A DNA stretch of 64,000 nt from Bugula neritina (lineage: Eukaryota > Animalia > Bryozoa). The notes beneath the pieces were generated by a model, which saw only the letters and a program-made list of their open reading frames with translations, was not told the origin of the DNA and ran no database searches. Location: contig OZ037772.1 in assembly GCA_964035545.1 (NCBI GenBank), positions 12,832,818-12,896,817 on the forward strand, given 5' to 3'. Below are positions 23,101-36,499 of this stretch, in pieces; position 1 is the stretch's first letter, and the number at the start of each line of letters is the position of its first letter. Made by a program: the position numbers and the translations under genes.

Positions 23101-26100
23101 ATGAGCCTTTTGGATGGGGCCAGCAGCAGCCGTAAAAAAATTTCGAGAGCTGTGAAGCTAAGCAATTATTTTTTAAAAAAAATTGGTTAAATAACTTTTC
23201 ATCTTTAGATTATTATGCAGGTAATAATGCTGCTGGGGTTGGAAGGGCAGAAGGGAAATGGGCTATGGGTGAGTAGGCTGTGGGTTTGTTGTATTAAATG
23301 CTCTGTATATTTAGAATTTTATGATTATTTCAATGTCTTTCATGATATGCAACACTGCATAATTATAAAATGCTTTATTCTTAAAGTAACTGGTGTGATG
23401 GTCACATGGTCAGCTACTAGACAACTAACTCATTTGCCTGAGTATCAATTATTATTTTATTTGCTGACAGGTCAACCTGGTTTCCAGTCAGTTGTCTACA
23501 GCAGTGACTCTGAGGTTAGTAGAAGTTGTCATACCTGCAGGAATATCAAGTGTAGAAATATAGTTAAAATATTTGTGAAATTCAGCATTCAGCTAATAAA
23601 CTTGCAATAAAGTAAAGATTTTAAACATTTTGTAAAAGTTTTATATAACTGAAAAAATGTGTGAAAAATAATATTCATATATATTAAAATAATGAGGGGA
23701 CAAATCCTGAAACAGTTGCTTTACATATATTACAATATATAATATATGTACAGCATCTGTTTGAGGATTTGTCCCCTCTTCAGTATAAAACAGTAAGCAT
23801 CATTACAATAGAAGAAACCAATGTTTCTGATACCAAAGCATATCTAAAATAATGTTTCTACCAAAGTATATAATTAAAAAGGGTGTAACTTTAAGCTAAG
23901 AAGCTGAAGTAGCTTTAATAGTTAGCAGTCTTAATTGATAGCCATCGTGTGAAAGCTCAATTACAAAAGTGTCCATTTCTGAACATAGAGTAAGAGTATT
24001 GTATACAGTATTACCCTCCAGCTTGCCTGCTCTCAAAGGTAAAAGTAAATCTGCATCACCAATGTCATATCAGCTTCTTTTATTCTCAGGACAGCACCAT
24101 CTCACTGAGAGATGTGTTTATCAGACGAGATCCATCACCAGGCCCAGTTGATGCTGGTGCCTCTGCTACTTTTAGAGACCTAAACCAACCTAGCCTACAA
24201 CAAGCCAACGTAAAAGGTGAGAGGAAATGTTAGAATTTTTTAGTGTTTTAAAAAAGTTAGAGTGAATATTGTTAGAAGCAGCACCAAATTGTGGGTGGAC
24301 GACTACAGTTTTTGTATACACATAATTGTTTGAACTCCGAACCCCAACATCAAATTTGATATCGGTCTCAAACAAACACTTAGTGGCCACCAAATTAGCG
24401 CTGCTTCTAGCAATTCTCATGTGGCCTGGCTGCTTTTTGTTTTATGTTCATTCATCATTGTACTTTCAAGAAGAAAGCAACTCCTAATCCGCCATGTTGC
24501 TTTGTGGTGGTCTACCACCAAATCTCTCAAACATTACACAACTTTAACAAAGAACCTACTCAGAAAAATATTTTGTAGAAGAGGTTGTACCACTTGCCAA
24601 CCATTCAGATGTTCTAGCTGGTCCAGTGGAAGAGTTAGAGAAGAGTTTCACTCCTTCTAGTGATGAGCTTACTGTTGAAGTCGGTAATATTAAGTCAACT
24701 CCTGTTAGCTGCCAGGAGGTCTTTGAAAGCAATGTGACAGCTCACCTTGGATCTCAAGAGACTGCTGAAAATGGCACTGCAGCTCCTGTTGCCACGAATA
24801 AACAGTATTCCTGTGACCTTTGTGACACTACTTGTGACAAAAAGTCTCAGTTGTCTCGCCACAAAAGGTAAGTACAATGTTGGTAAATAATACGTTGGTA
24901 AATTATAGTTTTTGGGCAGTATGTTGTGTATGCTATGTGGATACAATGCTGTGGGTAACTAATCTGTGGGTATTAAGTTTGTGGGAAGTTTAAATATTCA
25001 AGATGGCCACCTGTCCTTTCTGCTTCCTGAGTTATACCCATGACATGAACCTTGGTAACTGTGCTTCATTTGGGTGAAACTATAAGCTGGTTTGATTGTA
25101 GAAAAATGCATGAAAAGGAAAAGAAGTATGAGTGTGTCTACTGTCCATATAAAGCCGTTTTAGCTTACCAAGTGAAACACCATGCGAGGTTAGTTGATGA
25201 GTTTTGTAACTTGTAAACCAGCCTAAAAATCTGATCTGATGAATCTGCTTAAAATTCACAATTTATATTCAATACTTGCAACAGCTAATTACCTTGAAAT
25301 ATAAAAAAAAATAATTTTTTTTTTGAAATTTTAATTTGAAGTGGCTGTTTCAGAGACCATCACACCGGTCTTCATCCATTTAAGTGCGAGTGCTGTGGTA
25401 AAGGCTTTAACAAGAATTCGATATTGAAAACGCACTTGGAAATGTACCCTAATGGTGGTTGTCCAGCTGACAGAGCTCCATGGAGAAAATGGCAGCTCAG
25501 ACAAAGTAAGTACCAGAATAATAGCTTGATAAACACTCAGTTTAGCTTAAGTGAATTAAATACGCTAGGTACTGAAGTTTTAAATCCATCTGGGGTAAAT
25601 GGTGACACAATTATTTAGTTTATTGTGTACAGAAAATTAAGCATAGTTTTTTAATTTACAAATATTTAATTTTAATGTATACAACTAAAGTTACCTTGAA
25701 ATATCTCGCAGTATTCAGAGAAGTGAAGTGAGACTAAAATATTCACTTGGCAGATCTAATTTGCCAATCATGCAAAGTAGTTAGCTAATTACTAACTTAC
25801 TTGTAACTTGTCTGAATGATTGTAGAACATAAGCTTCAAGATGGAGAAAGGCAGAAAGCCACGCCTCCATATCAGTTAGAAGTTGGGGAGCTGAGTGTAG
25901 TGCAAGACACGGTCAAAGAACAGTCTCCCGACTCACGGGCAACTATATCTCAAATAGTTTCACCAAAAGTTTCTTTAGTAGAGGAAAAGTCTTCTGCAAC
26001 AATTACTGTATCTAAATCAAATAGTAGTTACCCTGAGTTAGCTATTTATAGCTACTTCATTGAAATCAGTTCTGCTGTGAGCATCAATTCTGGACTGCAC

Positions 26101-29100
26101 GTTGAAAAGGTTAACCCTGAGACAGTGGTTGTGAAGAGTGAAAAAGCAATTTCTACGGCGGAAGAGCTATTTGAGATGAACGACCTGAATGAGCCAATTA
26201 GTCAAGTAAAGAAAAGTTCACAGTTTAATGGAATTCGATCACCAGATCAAGCTGACTCGCCAGCCAATGACTCAACGGCCACGACAGCAACAAGTTCAAG
26301 TCTAGAGCCCAGCCAAAGACAGGCTAGAAAAAGGAACAAAGACTCAACGGCATGCCAAGACTTGATGGCTTCTGAGTCTGGAACTGGTAGTTTGGCGACC
26401 TCTAAACTGAATATTGAAAGCAGTGACCATGAATCTAATGTTATATCGAGTCCAGTTGGCACCCATTCCACTAGTGAAGATGGTAAGTTGAAGCAAAGCA
26501 CGATTAATGTTAAAGTTTTTTATTCTGCCATTGATATTCATCCTGAGCCTTTTTTAAAGATTCAATGCAGTAAATGCTGAGTAACATCAAATTATTTTTT
26601 CATGATGTCATCATCCCATTGCACAGTGGGGAGTTTTTTCAAAGTCCTACCGTATTCTTAATACATAATAGAGCAATTATCTATTGGTAACTTGCAGCAG
26701 TGCAGTTAAAAGCTGACGTATGAGGCTTCATGCATTCTTGCGTCAATAACCAAAGTCTGTGTTTTTTCAGTCAGTGAAAAAGAAGAATCTAGAAAAGAAT
26801 CAACCGAGGATAAAAATTCAGGAGACGGGAGAAAAACCAAGAGGTAAATACAGCATTGAAATTTTTTTGTGAACATCAACATATCCCATCTGGCACTTTA
26901 ATGAGTCATGAAAACTCGAAGTGGAAATCATTAAAATGAGAAATGATCTCTAAGCAAAAGGTTACAGAAACAGCTTTTTGTACATATCTATTAGATGATA
27001 GCTCTGTTATAGTACTTTGATGTTTTCTACGTAATTTTTTCTATTTAGGTCAGGAAGCAAAACTTTATCAGAAAGCGAGATTTTAGCTTGGAGGAAGTCT
27101 TTCATCACAGTGACCTTCCCCGACAAATCGGCGGACGTAATAGAAAATGCACTACCAGGAGATCCTAGGAGAGGACTTAAGAGAAAATTGCTTCCCACCA
27201 ATGAAAACATTAAGATATTTAAAAAAACCGTGGTGATACCTTTACAAAGACAAAAAAGAGCATATGAAAAGTTGAATAGCATACTAAAGAAAAGCGACAA
27301 AAAGAGTGATTTAAACTGCGACAAAAGGGAATTACAAAACGTCGAGTCCAATAAGAAATGCAAGATAGAAAATAAAACCTCATATAACTCTGGATCAGCT
27401 AAATTTCAGACTACTATCAACAAAGATGTTCATAAGGGTGATTCTACTGCAAACATTAAATCAGTGAGGACTAAACCGAAAGCACTAAAAGTTGGTTTAG
27501 CACCAGAATCAAGTGTGGTAAAGGAAAAGGGTTCAGGAAAAGAAGAAAGCATTGCAAAAGTATCAAGCGTGGCAAAAGAATCAAGCATGGTAAGGGAAAA
27601 GGGTTCAGGAAAAGAAGAAAGCATTGCAAAAGATAAATATTCTGCAAAAGAGTCAAATCTGGCAAAAGAAAAGTGTTCTGAAGAAAAATCAAGCATGGCC
27701 AAAAAACAGTGTTTTGTGAAAACCTATACGGATACAAAAAGAAAAAAGTATTCATTATCAGAAACTCAGAAAGCAGTTAATTTATCAGGATCAGGCCAAG
27801 TATCCAAAACAGCAGCATTTAAAAAAAATGAACAGATACTTTCGTCAAAGGATCATCCAAAATCACAGATGCTTGAATCGGCGGACACTGTTAAGCGTGA
27901 AACAAGCAGAAGAGAGGTTATTCCCAGCACAATAAAAACACCAGAAATCGAGAAACTTTATTCTCAAAGTTTTGACGAAAAGATTAGACAATATTGCCGA
28001 GAGCGGTGTTTTAAGCACTATGGTATCACTGCAGAAAACATCAGCCATACGGATGTAAATTTTGAGACTTCTCGAAGAGGAAGACCAAAAGCATTGGGTG
28101 ATGACGACAAAGAAAATGGAGATGAAAGGGGTGGCACTAAAATGGACATTCCAGAAGTTGTCTATGGCTCCACACGCAGAGTAACTATTTTTTCGTAATA
28201 TAGAAAGTTTTCTTATATATAATAAGATGTTTATTGATCTCTTGAATAGTGCTGCTTATTTATAGCACCATTTATTCATGTGGAGTTGAGATTCTATATA
28301 ATTACCCACTACGTCTACTACATCCTTGTGAATTACCAATGTTGACCAGCAGATAATGTGTATGAGAATGAAACATGCTCTTGACTCTGAGGTAATGATT
28401 TTTTCATGGTGGCTTTATGTTTTCAGGATGGTAAGCAAGGGTTATTTTCCTCAGTCAGAAGTAGCAAATGGCAGGAAGCTGTTGATAAATGCACGACGTA
28501 TCCTGCAGAGTATGCGAGACAAAGCATGTATGGTCCAGCTTCACCGCCTGCAGCCACGAATGGTGGTCAGCGTAGTTCAAAATCTTTTAGTCAAAGCTCT
28601 CTTTTTATGGCTGGCTGTTTTATCGGCCCATGTTTTGTGACTATGTAATGATAGCCATTGTCATAATACTTGAGGACCTTTCTGGTGATAATATGTCCTT
28701 TTATATTTAGAATACCGTGAAGATGCTGTTAAGGATAGCAAAAGTTCTCCTACTAAGGAGAAAGTTAATTGTTTTACCTGTTTTGAAAGGTAAGATCTTT
28801 GCACTGATTTCTAGCCTCTGTTATTCACATGTTGGCATTGGGAAGTAATTACATTATATGCTGAACAGCTAGGCCACTATATGCTAAACAAACCGGTTGC
28901 TGAAGCTTTACCTTGTAGCGGGTCACCTTAAACATTGCAAATTATCTTGTAGCTTTGATACATATGCAGAACTCTGGACTCATAAAAAGCAATTTCTGCA
29001 TATGAAACCTCAAAGGTGAGATTTTTTGTTATTGTTGACATTTATTTCTGCGTGATCATGCTATACTGGCTTTTTGTTGATTCAATGGTTGACTAGTCAA

Positions 29101-29561
29101 TGAGACGATTTCTATATATACTTTTTAACTGTCAATCAAACTTAATAAATACTTTCCTGAACTTCTTACTTGCCAATCTCTTTAACCGCTGTCTTACTTG
29201 TATAGAGTGTTTGACGCCGCCTACTCACCGCCACCACCTCACAGGCCGCGGTATGGAGAAGCCGACTGGTGTCCCAGAGGAGCAAAAGCTCGGCTTTATA
29301 ATAGAGAAAGGCCAAGTTTCACAAGGTTTTCTAACGGGCAGTGTTCGCCAGATGATGAGCAGATGGTGAATCGTAGGTATGTATAAAGGGGATGAGTGTG
29401 TGGTGCAGGTACGTAGTGTGTAGTGTGTTAGGATGCAAGGGGGCGCATGTGACATGCCAGGGGATGTGATGTTCCAAGGAGTTTATCGTGTGACGCTCAT
29501 TACTAAGTGATTTCCTTGTAGAAACAAGTACAGAGGGCACTCCGATGAGCCTACCACCTAA
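23101..29561 (+). CDS. C2H2 zinc-finger protein with AT-hook and long low-complexity Lys/Ser/Glu region
   Basis: Phase-compatible exons: 23101-23131 (start tentative), 23221-23268, 23471-23514, 24090-24216, 24609-24867, 25102-25188, 25354-25505, 25826-26482, 26771-26843, 27049-28180, 28427-about 28565 (donor ambiguous), 28711-28789, 28953-29015, 29206-29376, 29522-29561. Fingers: CDLCDTTCDKKSQLSRHKRKMH, CVYCPYKAVLAYQVKHHARDHH, TGLHPF linker, CECCGKGFNKNSILKTHLEMYPNGGC (atypical end), and distal CFTCFESFDTYAELWTHKKQFLH. AT-hook RRGRPK at 28073-28090. Confidence 0.85.
23694..23778. repeat. 85-bp near-perfect hairpin (palindromic MITE or pre-miRNA-like) in zinc-finger gene intron
   Basis: 39-bp arms 23694-23732 and 23740-23778 with 3 mismatches; 7-nt loop. 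Confidence 0.8.
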
Positions 29562-30039
29562 GGGAGTTAGACTTTACGTGGACATAGTTACATCCTGTTT
29601 GGGTGACGATGTAATCAATTACTCTCTAATGACGTTGGCTCGCCGAGTCTCATTCGTCTGGTAACAAAATGTAGCGTCATTGGACCTTTTATCTTGGATG
29701 ACGATGTAAAGATAATTGTAAGATTATAAATAAGTTTAGAGCAATGCCAGTTGCTAATTGCACATGCAAGCAGCTCTAAAAGTTATCTGCAAAGTCTACC
29801 AGACTAACCAGACATTGCCAATTTGTCTTTACTATGCTATAAAGTGTCAAAGTGCTTAGCAGTAGGTAACTAGCTGTTGAAAACTAGTAGATCTAGTCAT
29901 TTGAGATTATTATAGTATTTAATCAAAACTTGTATACACATTTCTAGTCTAAACTTTAGGAATAAAAACTGTGCACTGTCACCTAGGCTGGCATTCTACC
30001 CTCCCCTACTTTTAGTATAAAATATGCAATGGTAAGAAT

Positions 30040-30179
30040 CACAGTCTATCATCTATGTTGAAATACACGCCCCTTTTAATTACCCTATAGTCAAATAGTG
30101 GTGATGGTATATCATCTACTGAGTTGAATTACACACCCCTTTTAATTAGCTCCTCCGTTAACATAGATGATAGACTGTG
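30040..30179. mobile_element. 140-bp MITE-like element with 20-bp perfect inverted ends
   Basis: cacagtctatcatctatgtt (30040-30059) / aacatagatgatagactgtg (30160-30179). Internal direct repeat. No clear TSD. Confidence 0.6.
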
Positions 30180-30489
30180 GTCCCCTTTCTATGCATAAAT
30201 GTCAGAACCTAGGGACAGATGCTACACCCAACAGTTAATCCCTACAAGCTTTCTTTTCAGTCTTTTTCTTTTATGTGTCTGGCCAGTTATTATATTATAT
30301 TATATTCTTTGCTAAATTTTGCATTTACTTATTCATATAATAGGATTTACTATAATTATATAGTATACACATGCTTATGGTGTAATAATTATGTATATTA
30401 TTTACATGTCTATGTGAATTCATATTTCTATATATTATGTGAATACTATGCATTATTAATTTTGGAAATATTATATGCAATTATATAAC

Positions 30490-31167
30490 AAAAAGCACTC
30501 ACGTGATTGGTCAAATGAATATTTTAACTTGCCAAGTTTTGCCATTTTCAAAGGGTAATTATATGTAATTATAATACAATATGTAGGGTGAGATAACAAC
30601 CCAGAATGTTATAAGCATTGTGATAGGCTAAACACAAATCAAAAAGCACGAATCTGATTGGTCAAGTGAATATTGTAACTTGCCAAGTTTTGCCATTTTC
30701 AAAGGGTAATTATATGTAATTATAATACAATATGTAGGGTGAGATAACAACTCAGAATGTTATAAGCATTGTGATAGGCTAAACACAAATCAAAAAGCAC
30801 GAATCTGATTGGTCAAGTGAATATTGTAACTTGCCAAGTTTTGCCATTTTCAAAGGGTAATTATATGTAATTATAATACAATATGTAGGGTGAGATAACA
30901 ACTCAGAATGTTATAAGCATTGTGATAGGCTAAACACAAATCAAAAAGCACGAATCTGATTGGTCAAGTGAATATTTTAACTTGCCAAGTTTTGCCATTT
31001 TCAAAGGGTAATTATATGTAATTATAATACAATATGTAAGGTGAAAAAACAAGTCAGAATGTTACAAGCATTGTGATAGGCTAAACACAAATCAAAAAGC
31101 ACGAACCTGATTGGTCAAGTGAATATTTTAACTTGCCAAGTTTTGCCAGTTTCAAAGAGTAATTATA
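30490..31167 (+). repeat. 151-bp tandem repeat, about 4.5 copies
   Basis: Unit starts (aaaaagcac) at 30490, 30641, 30792, 30943, 31094; copies are near-identical. Confidence 0.95.
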
Positions 31168-31571
31168 ATTCAAACTTTCAGTCAAAAGGCCTTCATCTTT
31201 AAATACTCACATGACTGCTCATTAAAGTAACCTTTTGGGGGTTTAAATATTGTTTGGGCTATATATAAACATGATTACACCTCATGCAAATTGTATTGAA
31301 ACATATTTACATACAAATGGAGTTTGAAAAACTGGTCAAATAAATAACTTTTATAACATTCTAGCCATCAAATAACCTAATTTACAGTTCAAATAATAAA
31401 AGTGCATGAAAGATTGTGTATTTGAACATGTATTGAACATTTTACAGACCTAAGAATCCTTCACACAAATTTCTAAATTCACACACTTCTTTGATGTATT
31501 TCCATACATATATTGATACACTACAGTCAACACCCAAACTGGGGGATAATGCTGGTGACATATCGTACAGT

Positions 31572-33773
31572 TTACTGCGAAACAAGAGTTGTCTTAAGCT
31601 GGTGGCTCCACAGTAGCCTGTCTGGCGTAAACCTGTCTGCTGCATTCTCTGTGCTCTGGAAGAACGTCTGGCCAAACTTCAACCTTTCTCCTGCAGAATG
31701 TAGAATAATACTAGAAGAAGATATGAATTATATAGTAATATATATCTACATTAGCAGCCGCAGTCTAGGGGGTACAGCACTGGCTTAGTAAACATGAGAT
31801 CACTGTTTTAACCTGAGTGAAGGCCAGCAGTGATGTTAGGAAGAGCATTCAGTTATAATTACTTCCTTTTTCATAAAGGGTTCTCACGGGGATAGCAACT
31901 ATAAACTTGCATGAGTTTATGTATCTACATTAGGCAGTAATATAGCAATAAATATTTTAATATACAATCAAATGAATTAACATTCTTACACTGATTATTA
32001 TATGGCATATTATAGCATAAAGTAATGCTCATCGCATGTGTAAAACATGACCTATTTCAGCTTGATATATATAAATATGATATATATAAATTATATAGAA
32101 CAAAAGCATATGATAGCAATTATATATATCTACATACATCAAGCAGTGGTATTGTAAGAGTTGGTGTAAAATAAGTGTAATTTCGTTAATACAATCGAGT
32201 ATAGTATAGTAAATAAATGTTATATAGCATAATTATATTGCAATACCATGCATTCAAATACTGTAGTGTAATAGCATATAGTATGGTAATCCATGCTTAT
32301 TATGTATACAATATATTTCAGCAAGCACATTTATTTAATAAAGAACACTATAGAAAAAATATTCTTGAAGTTGAAAAAGTATAAGTCCACATTTTCCAGA
32401 GCAAAAAGGCTATAATCTATGATATGTGGATATTGATCAGGATCTTAGTAATGTCATTAACAGTTAAATAGGGGGTTTAGACATTACATAGATCCCTTTA
32501 AAACTAAAGTATGACATTGTTGGCCTAAATTTCTAATAGAACATAACAATTGGATGCATGGGAAGGAAATCAATTTACACCTAAAATAAAAGAAATTAGA
32601 CATTAAGATAAAAAATAGACATAAGGAAGTACCTGGTACATGGCCGGTGTATTTAGGAACCAAACCACTTGTTTCTGGGTACAATTTGGTATCTGTGACA
32701 CACGAAACAGGTGCCCTATGTAACTCCACCTGCAACAGATGTCACTTTAAATCAACTGAACCAATGAGCAAGCTTAAGGTTATACAACGTTGCTGCTTAG
32801 ACTGAGCACTGAGTGTTAAAGTAGACTACTTACGGGTGTGGAGAGAACAACCTTCTGTTTTTTCAGGCTATCCGTGAATCTATTAAGGGCCGCATGAGTA
32901 GCCCCCGCATAGTCCATACCAAAAAACTCGTGAGACCTCGGTACAAATCCCATATACCCTGTAAATATGATATCAAAATATATGGCAAATGTGTGCAATG
33001 TGTTGAGCATTGGACTGTTTGTCAAGGTATTTGTATCTATTTGTCAAGGTATTACAAATAAATTTTATGAAAATGTAAGTTTTTCTTACTTACTTCATTA
33101 ATTGATATATTTTTACTCATTATTATCTGAAACTAAACGTCCAATGAAAGCTAACTCAAGTCTATACATTTATCATAGAAGTATTATTAAAAGTGAAGAC
33201 ATATAGATGTAATATATATTTATGTTCGCATGTGTGTAACTGCATGTCAGACTATGTACCACACTGATATATGAGTTTTAATTTAGTGATTTACCAGACA
33301 TAAATCTTTTCTCTGGGTCAGTATTCTGCATTTCAAATGGACTCTCGTTTATACAATATGGCTTCTTGGAAACATAAGGCATCATATCTGGCCGAATCCT
33401 TCGTAATGGCTGGTTGATTTTTAACTAAAGTATCAACAAAAAATTGTGTATAGTAACTATGATTGGTAGACTAGAAATTTAGTACTTTGAATGGTAACTT
33501 TGTGAATTTAGCTATATTATACAACACTGCTGGAGAACACATGAGCTACATAAGTTTGGATTCACTAGTTGTTTGAGTTGAGGTGCAAATGGCTAGGTTT
33601 TATGGTAAAATAAGAAAAACAGCTGCGCCCGATAGAAAACCTAAATTTACAGTGGCTGCATAGGGGCAGACTGACTGTTGCACTTGATAGCTGGAGTCAA
33701 GAATGTGTGATATTGGTGCTTCCTGTTGAGCTGGCACTGAGCAGCAGAAAAAGATGGATGCTGGGGAGAACTC
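31572..33773 (-). CDS. CIMIP2: CIMIP2/FAM166-like ciliary microtubule inner protein (5' coding end uncertain)
   Basis: Minus-strand exons 33773-33651 (tentative), 33424-33295, 32958-32834, 32729-32633, 31690-31572 splice in frame. Translation: ...SPFEMQNTDPEKRFMSGYMGFVPRSHEFFGMDYAGATHAALNRF...LYPETSGLVPKYTGHVPGERLKFGQTFFQSTENA...*. Contains two (P)GYxG(F/H)VP...FG.T(Y/F) repeats typical of FAM166/CIMIP2. Confidence 0.8.
31755..31906 (+). mobile_element. tRNA-derived SINE-like element, copy 2 (in CIMIP2 last intron)
   Basis: Colinear similarity to the reverse complement of 21683-21875. Confidence 0.55.
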
Positions 33774-35288
33774 CTACAAACAGAATTAATATATTATTTA
33801 TATATAACCTCATACAGAAAGTTATTTACAGAAAGTTATTAAATTAGAACAACAATTCAGTTAGCATAGTCATAGACATGGTCACATGTGTATAAATTGG
33901 CAATTATTTACAGTAGCTGCAACATAATGTTACCTTCTAGTATTTCCACCTCTGCCCTTTGATGCGAAAGAAATTGCTCTGTTTGGATATTCTCGGAGCT
34001 GGCAGACAAGCCTTTCCAGCGACTGTAGCGACCACTATGGTAGACTCTGGGTTATCTCCATCAGCTTGTTCACTATTTTATGTTTAAGACGTTGGTGATT
34101 GCCAAGTGTGCCTGCAACAGAAGTATATATGAAGTTTTCACTTCACCTTCTCAAGACATCTAACCAATTGTGGTGCATAAGTAGAGTCTGATGCTCATTT
34201 ACCACTAAATAAACTACAATGTTAACTATACAATGCATGACCAGCTGACAGTAACGCAAAAACATAAATACAAGAAATTTGATTATTCATTGAAGCTACA
34301 ACACTATAATATTATCAAAACAACAAAACTTGGTTATAGAGGGATATAATGTAATACAAAATAGCTACCTCGTGAGTCTATGCTTAGTTATAGAATACTG
34401 ATTATTAATTGTATTTGTCATTTGCTTGCTGTAAATAGCTTAAAATACAGGCTATTCTATTATAAGGTGGCAGCTATATAGCCACAGGTGGCCAGCTATA
34501 AAAAAGCCACAGGTAGCCAGCTGTTCTCATCAGTGATACAATACTACATTGACCTAACCAGAACTTGTAATTAACAGTAGGTGTGGTAGTAAAAGCATGA
34601 AGTTTTTAAGATTTCAAATTTTGAAGAAATTGACATGTAATTATAAAGTAATTGTAAAAATCAATTACATTAGATATGTAATTAATTACAATTACAACAG
34701 CATTTTCTTACAGATTATGCTATCAAAGTTTTTTGCAGATGCTAAAATATATTTGACTACTTTGAAATTGTATGAATATAATGTAAAAGCATAATCTAAA
34801 AAATTAGACTATATCAAACAAATTAGGCACGACTATAGTTTTGCTGAAACACCCAAGTGTGAAGCGCTTTGAGCTAAAATACCAGCAGTGACATGTGTAC
34901 TGTTAATGGATAGAGATTAAGTCAATGCTAAAGAGCATTAGTTAAAAAAGCAACTTCTATTAAATGTGGTGTCTGACATTTAATAGCTGCAGTTATTTAA
35001 AAGTTGAGGTCATAATTTGTTACCAAACTGACAGGAGGAGTAGAGAAATGTGCACACATAGTGTGATTCTGCCTACTTGGCTAAATGCAAGTTTTGTCTT
35101 TAGTTTGGCAAATATATTGATCTAAAATCTTTGAAGCTTTTAATTTTAAGTCTATTTCACCAAGAATGAAAAGTAAGAAGGAAGTAGGTGTCGCCCTTGG
35201 TCTTTTTTATTCATAACACTAGTCTATATACTACTATTGCATAGAGATCGTGATTGCTTACCTGTAAGAACAACCTAGTTGCGTGAAA

Positions 35289-35300
35289 ATTGCCGGCAAC
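35289..35300. promoter_or_regulatory. Candidate X-box near the putative non-coding first exon of the CIMIP2-like gene
   Basis: attgccggcaac (1 mismatch to consensus), about 30 nt from a minus-strand CAG|GTAAGC donor at 35262. RFX regulation is expected for axonemal genes. Confidence 0.4.
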
Positions 35301-36499
35301 TACATGCCACCATAACGATTACAAACTAACAGCACGACACTTTCGTAATTGCTATATAGCGCTTTTTAACTTTTTTTTGTATTATGACAGTACCAGCAGT
35401 GAGATACACTGTCTGGACCGTAGGCCAAGGGTGCGTCTTGCGACACTAAGTACGATTCTCCTAGATAACCTCAGCTGCATTAGTAAGTTGACTAAACAAC
35501 TTAGTCTGATATTTACCTTTTATGCAACTAAAAGTTCGCTAGATGAATCGTGTGAATATAATCGTGCGCTTTAAACACACTCTACCTGGCCTCCGGTGTT
35601 GCATCGCTACTAGTTAAATCGTGATTGATTAGTAAACGGTGTGCAAGACACGTTATATTTTTATAATGTAACATAATCAACAAATATAATGTGTTTAGTT
35701 ATTTTAAATAGTCTATTTATATAAAATACAAAATCTAAACATTTTTTTGTTTTTGTCTTTTATTATAATGTGATTTTCTACAAAATGTAAAAATGTACTC
35801 TCTATATACCAAGGGAGATAAACCCTAAATATAAATTTGTTGATGATTTTTATTATCAAATAATTGAATTAAAAACACTTGCGACTGTATGACAACTATT
35901 AAAATGTATTATTTATTGCTTTAGTGATCTTTAAAAAATAGACAGACTCTGTAATGCTGAGATAGCAATTATGTGTGCATATTTATACTGTGTAATAAGG
36001 TATAAAATAATAATATAATAATCATATAACTTGCTTTCTCCAGTCATTGTTTGGTGAGATAATATCATGAAACGAACAAATATCAGAGCTTGTCACTTTT
36101 AGCTAGTACTTATAAACAATTTTACTTAATACCATTGCTGCAGAAACATAAAGTAGCTTTAGTACCTGCCATAAAATGTCTTGCAGGTAGACGGGACAGT
36201 GAAGCTTTTAGTTTCGCTTCCTCATATAATATAATATGGTTATAAATCAGAACAATTTCGGGATATATTATGTAATGCTCCACATACTCAATTATATGTG
36301 TGTGTGCGTAGATGCCATGTCGGCATTCAACTGGACATTAGTCAGACAACTCCAAACTTCCATGGAATAGGACAGGAATACTATTATTGTGGTAGCATCT
36401 GGTCTATATATTCTGCTGCTATACAGAAGGTAGTTAGTTCACATATTATCCCCACTAATATCCCCTACTATGTATGGTCAGGATGTAACATTTAGTGGT

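Noticed and set aside
26247-27755. Antisense ORFs over the zinc-finger gene's large exons
   Set aside because: Shadow frames of the plus-strand coding sequence.
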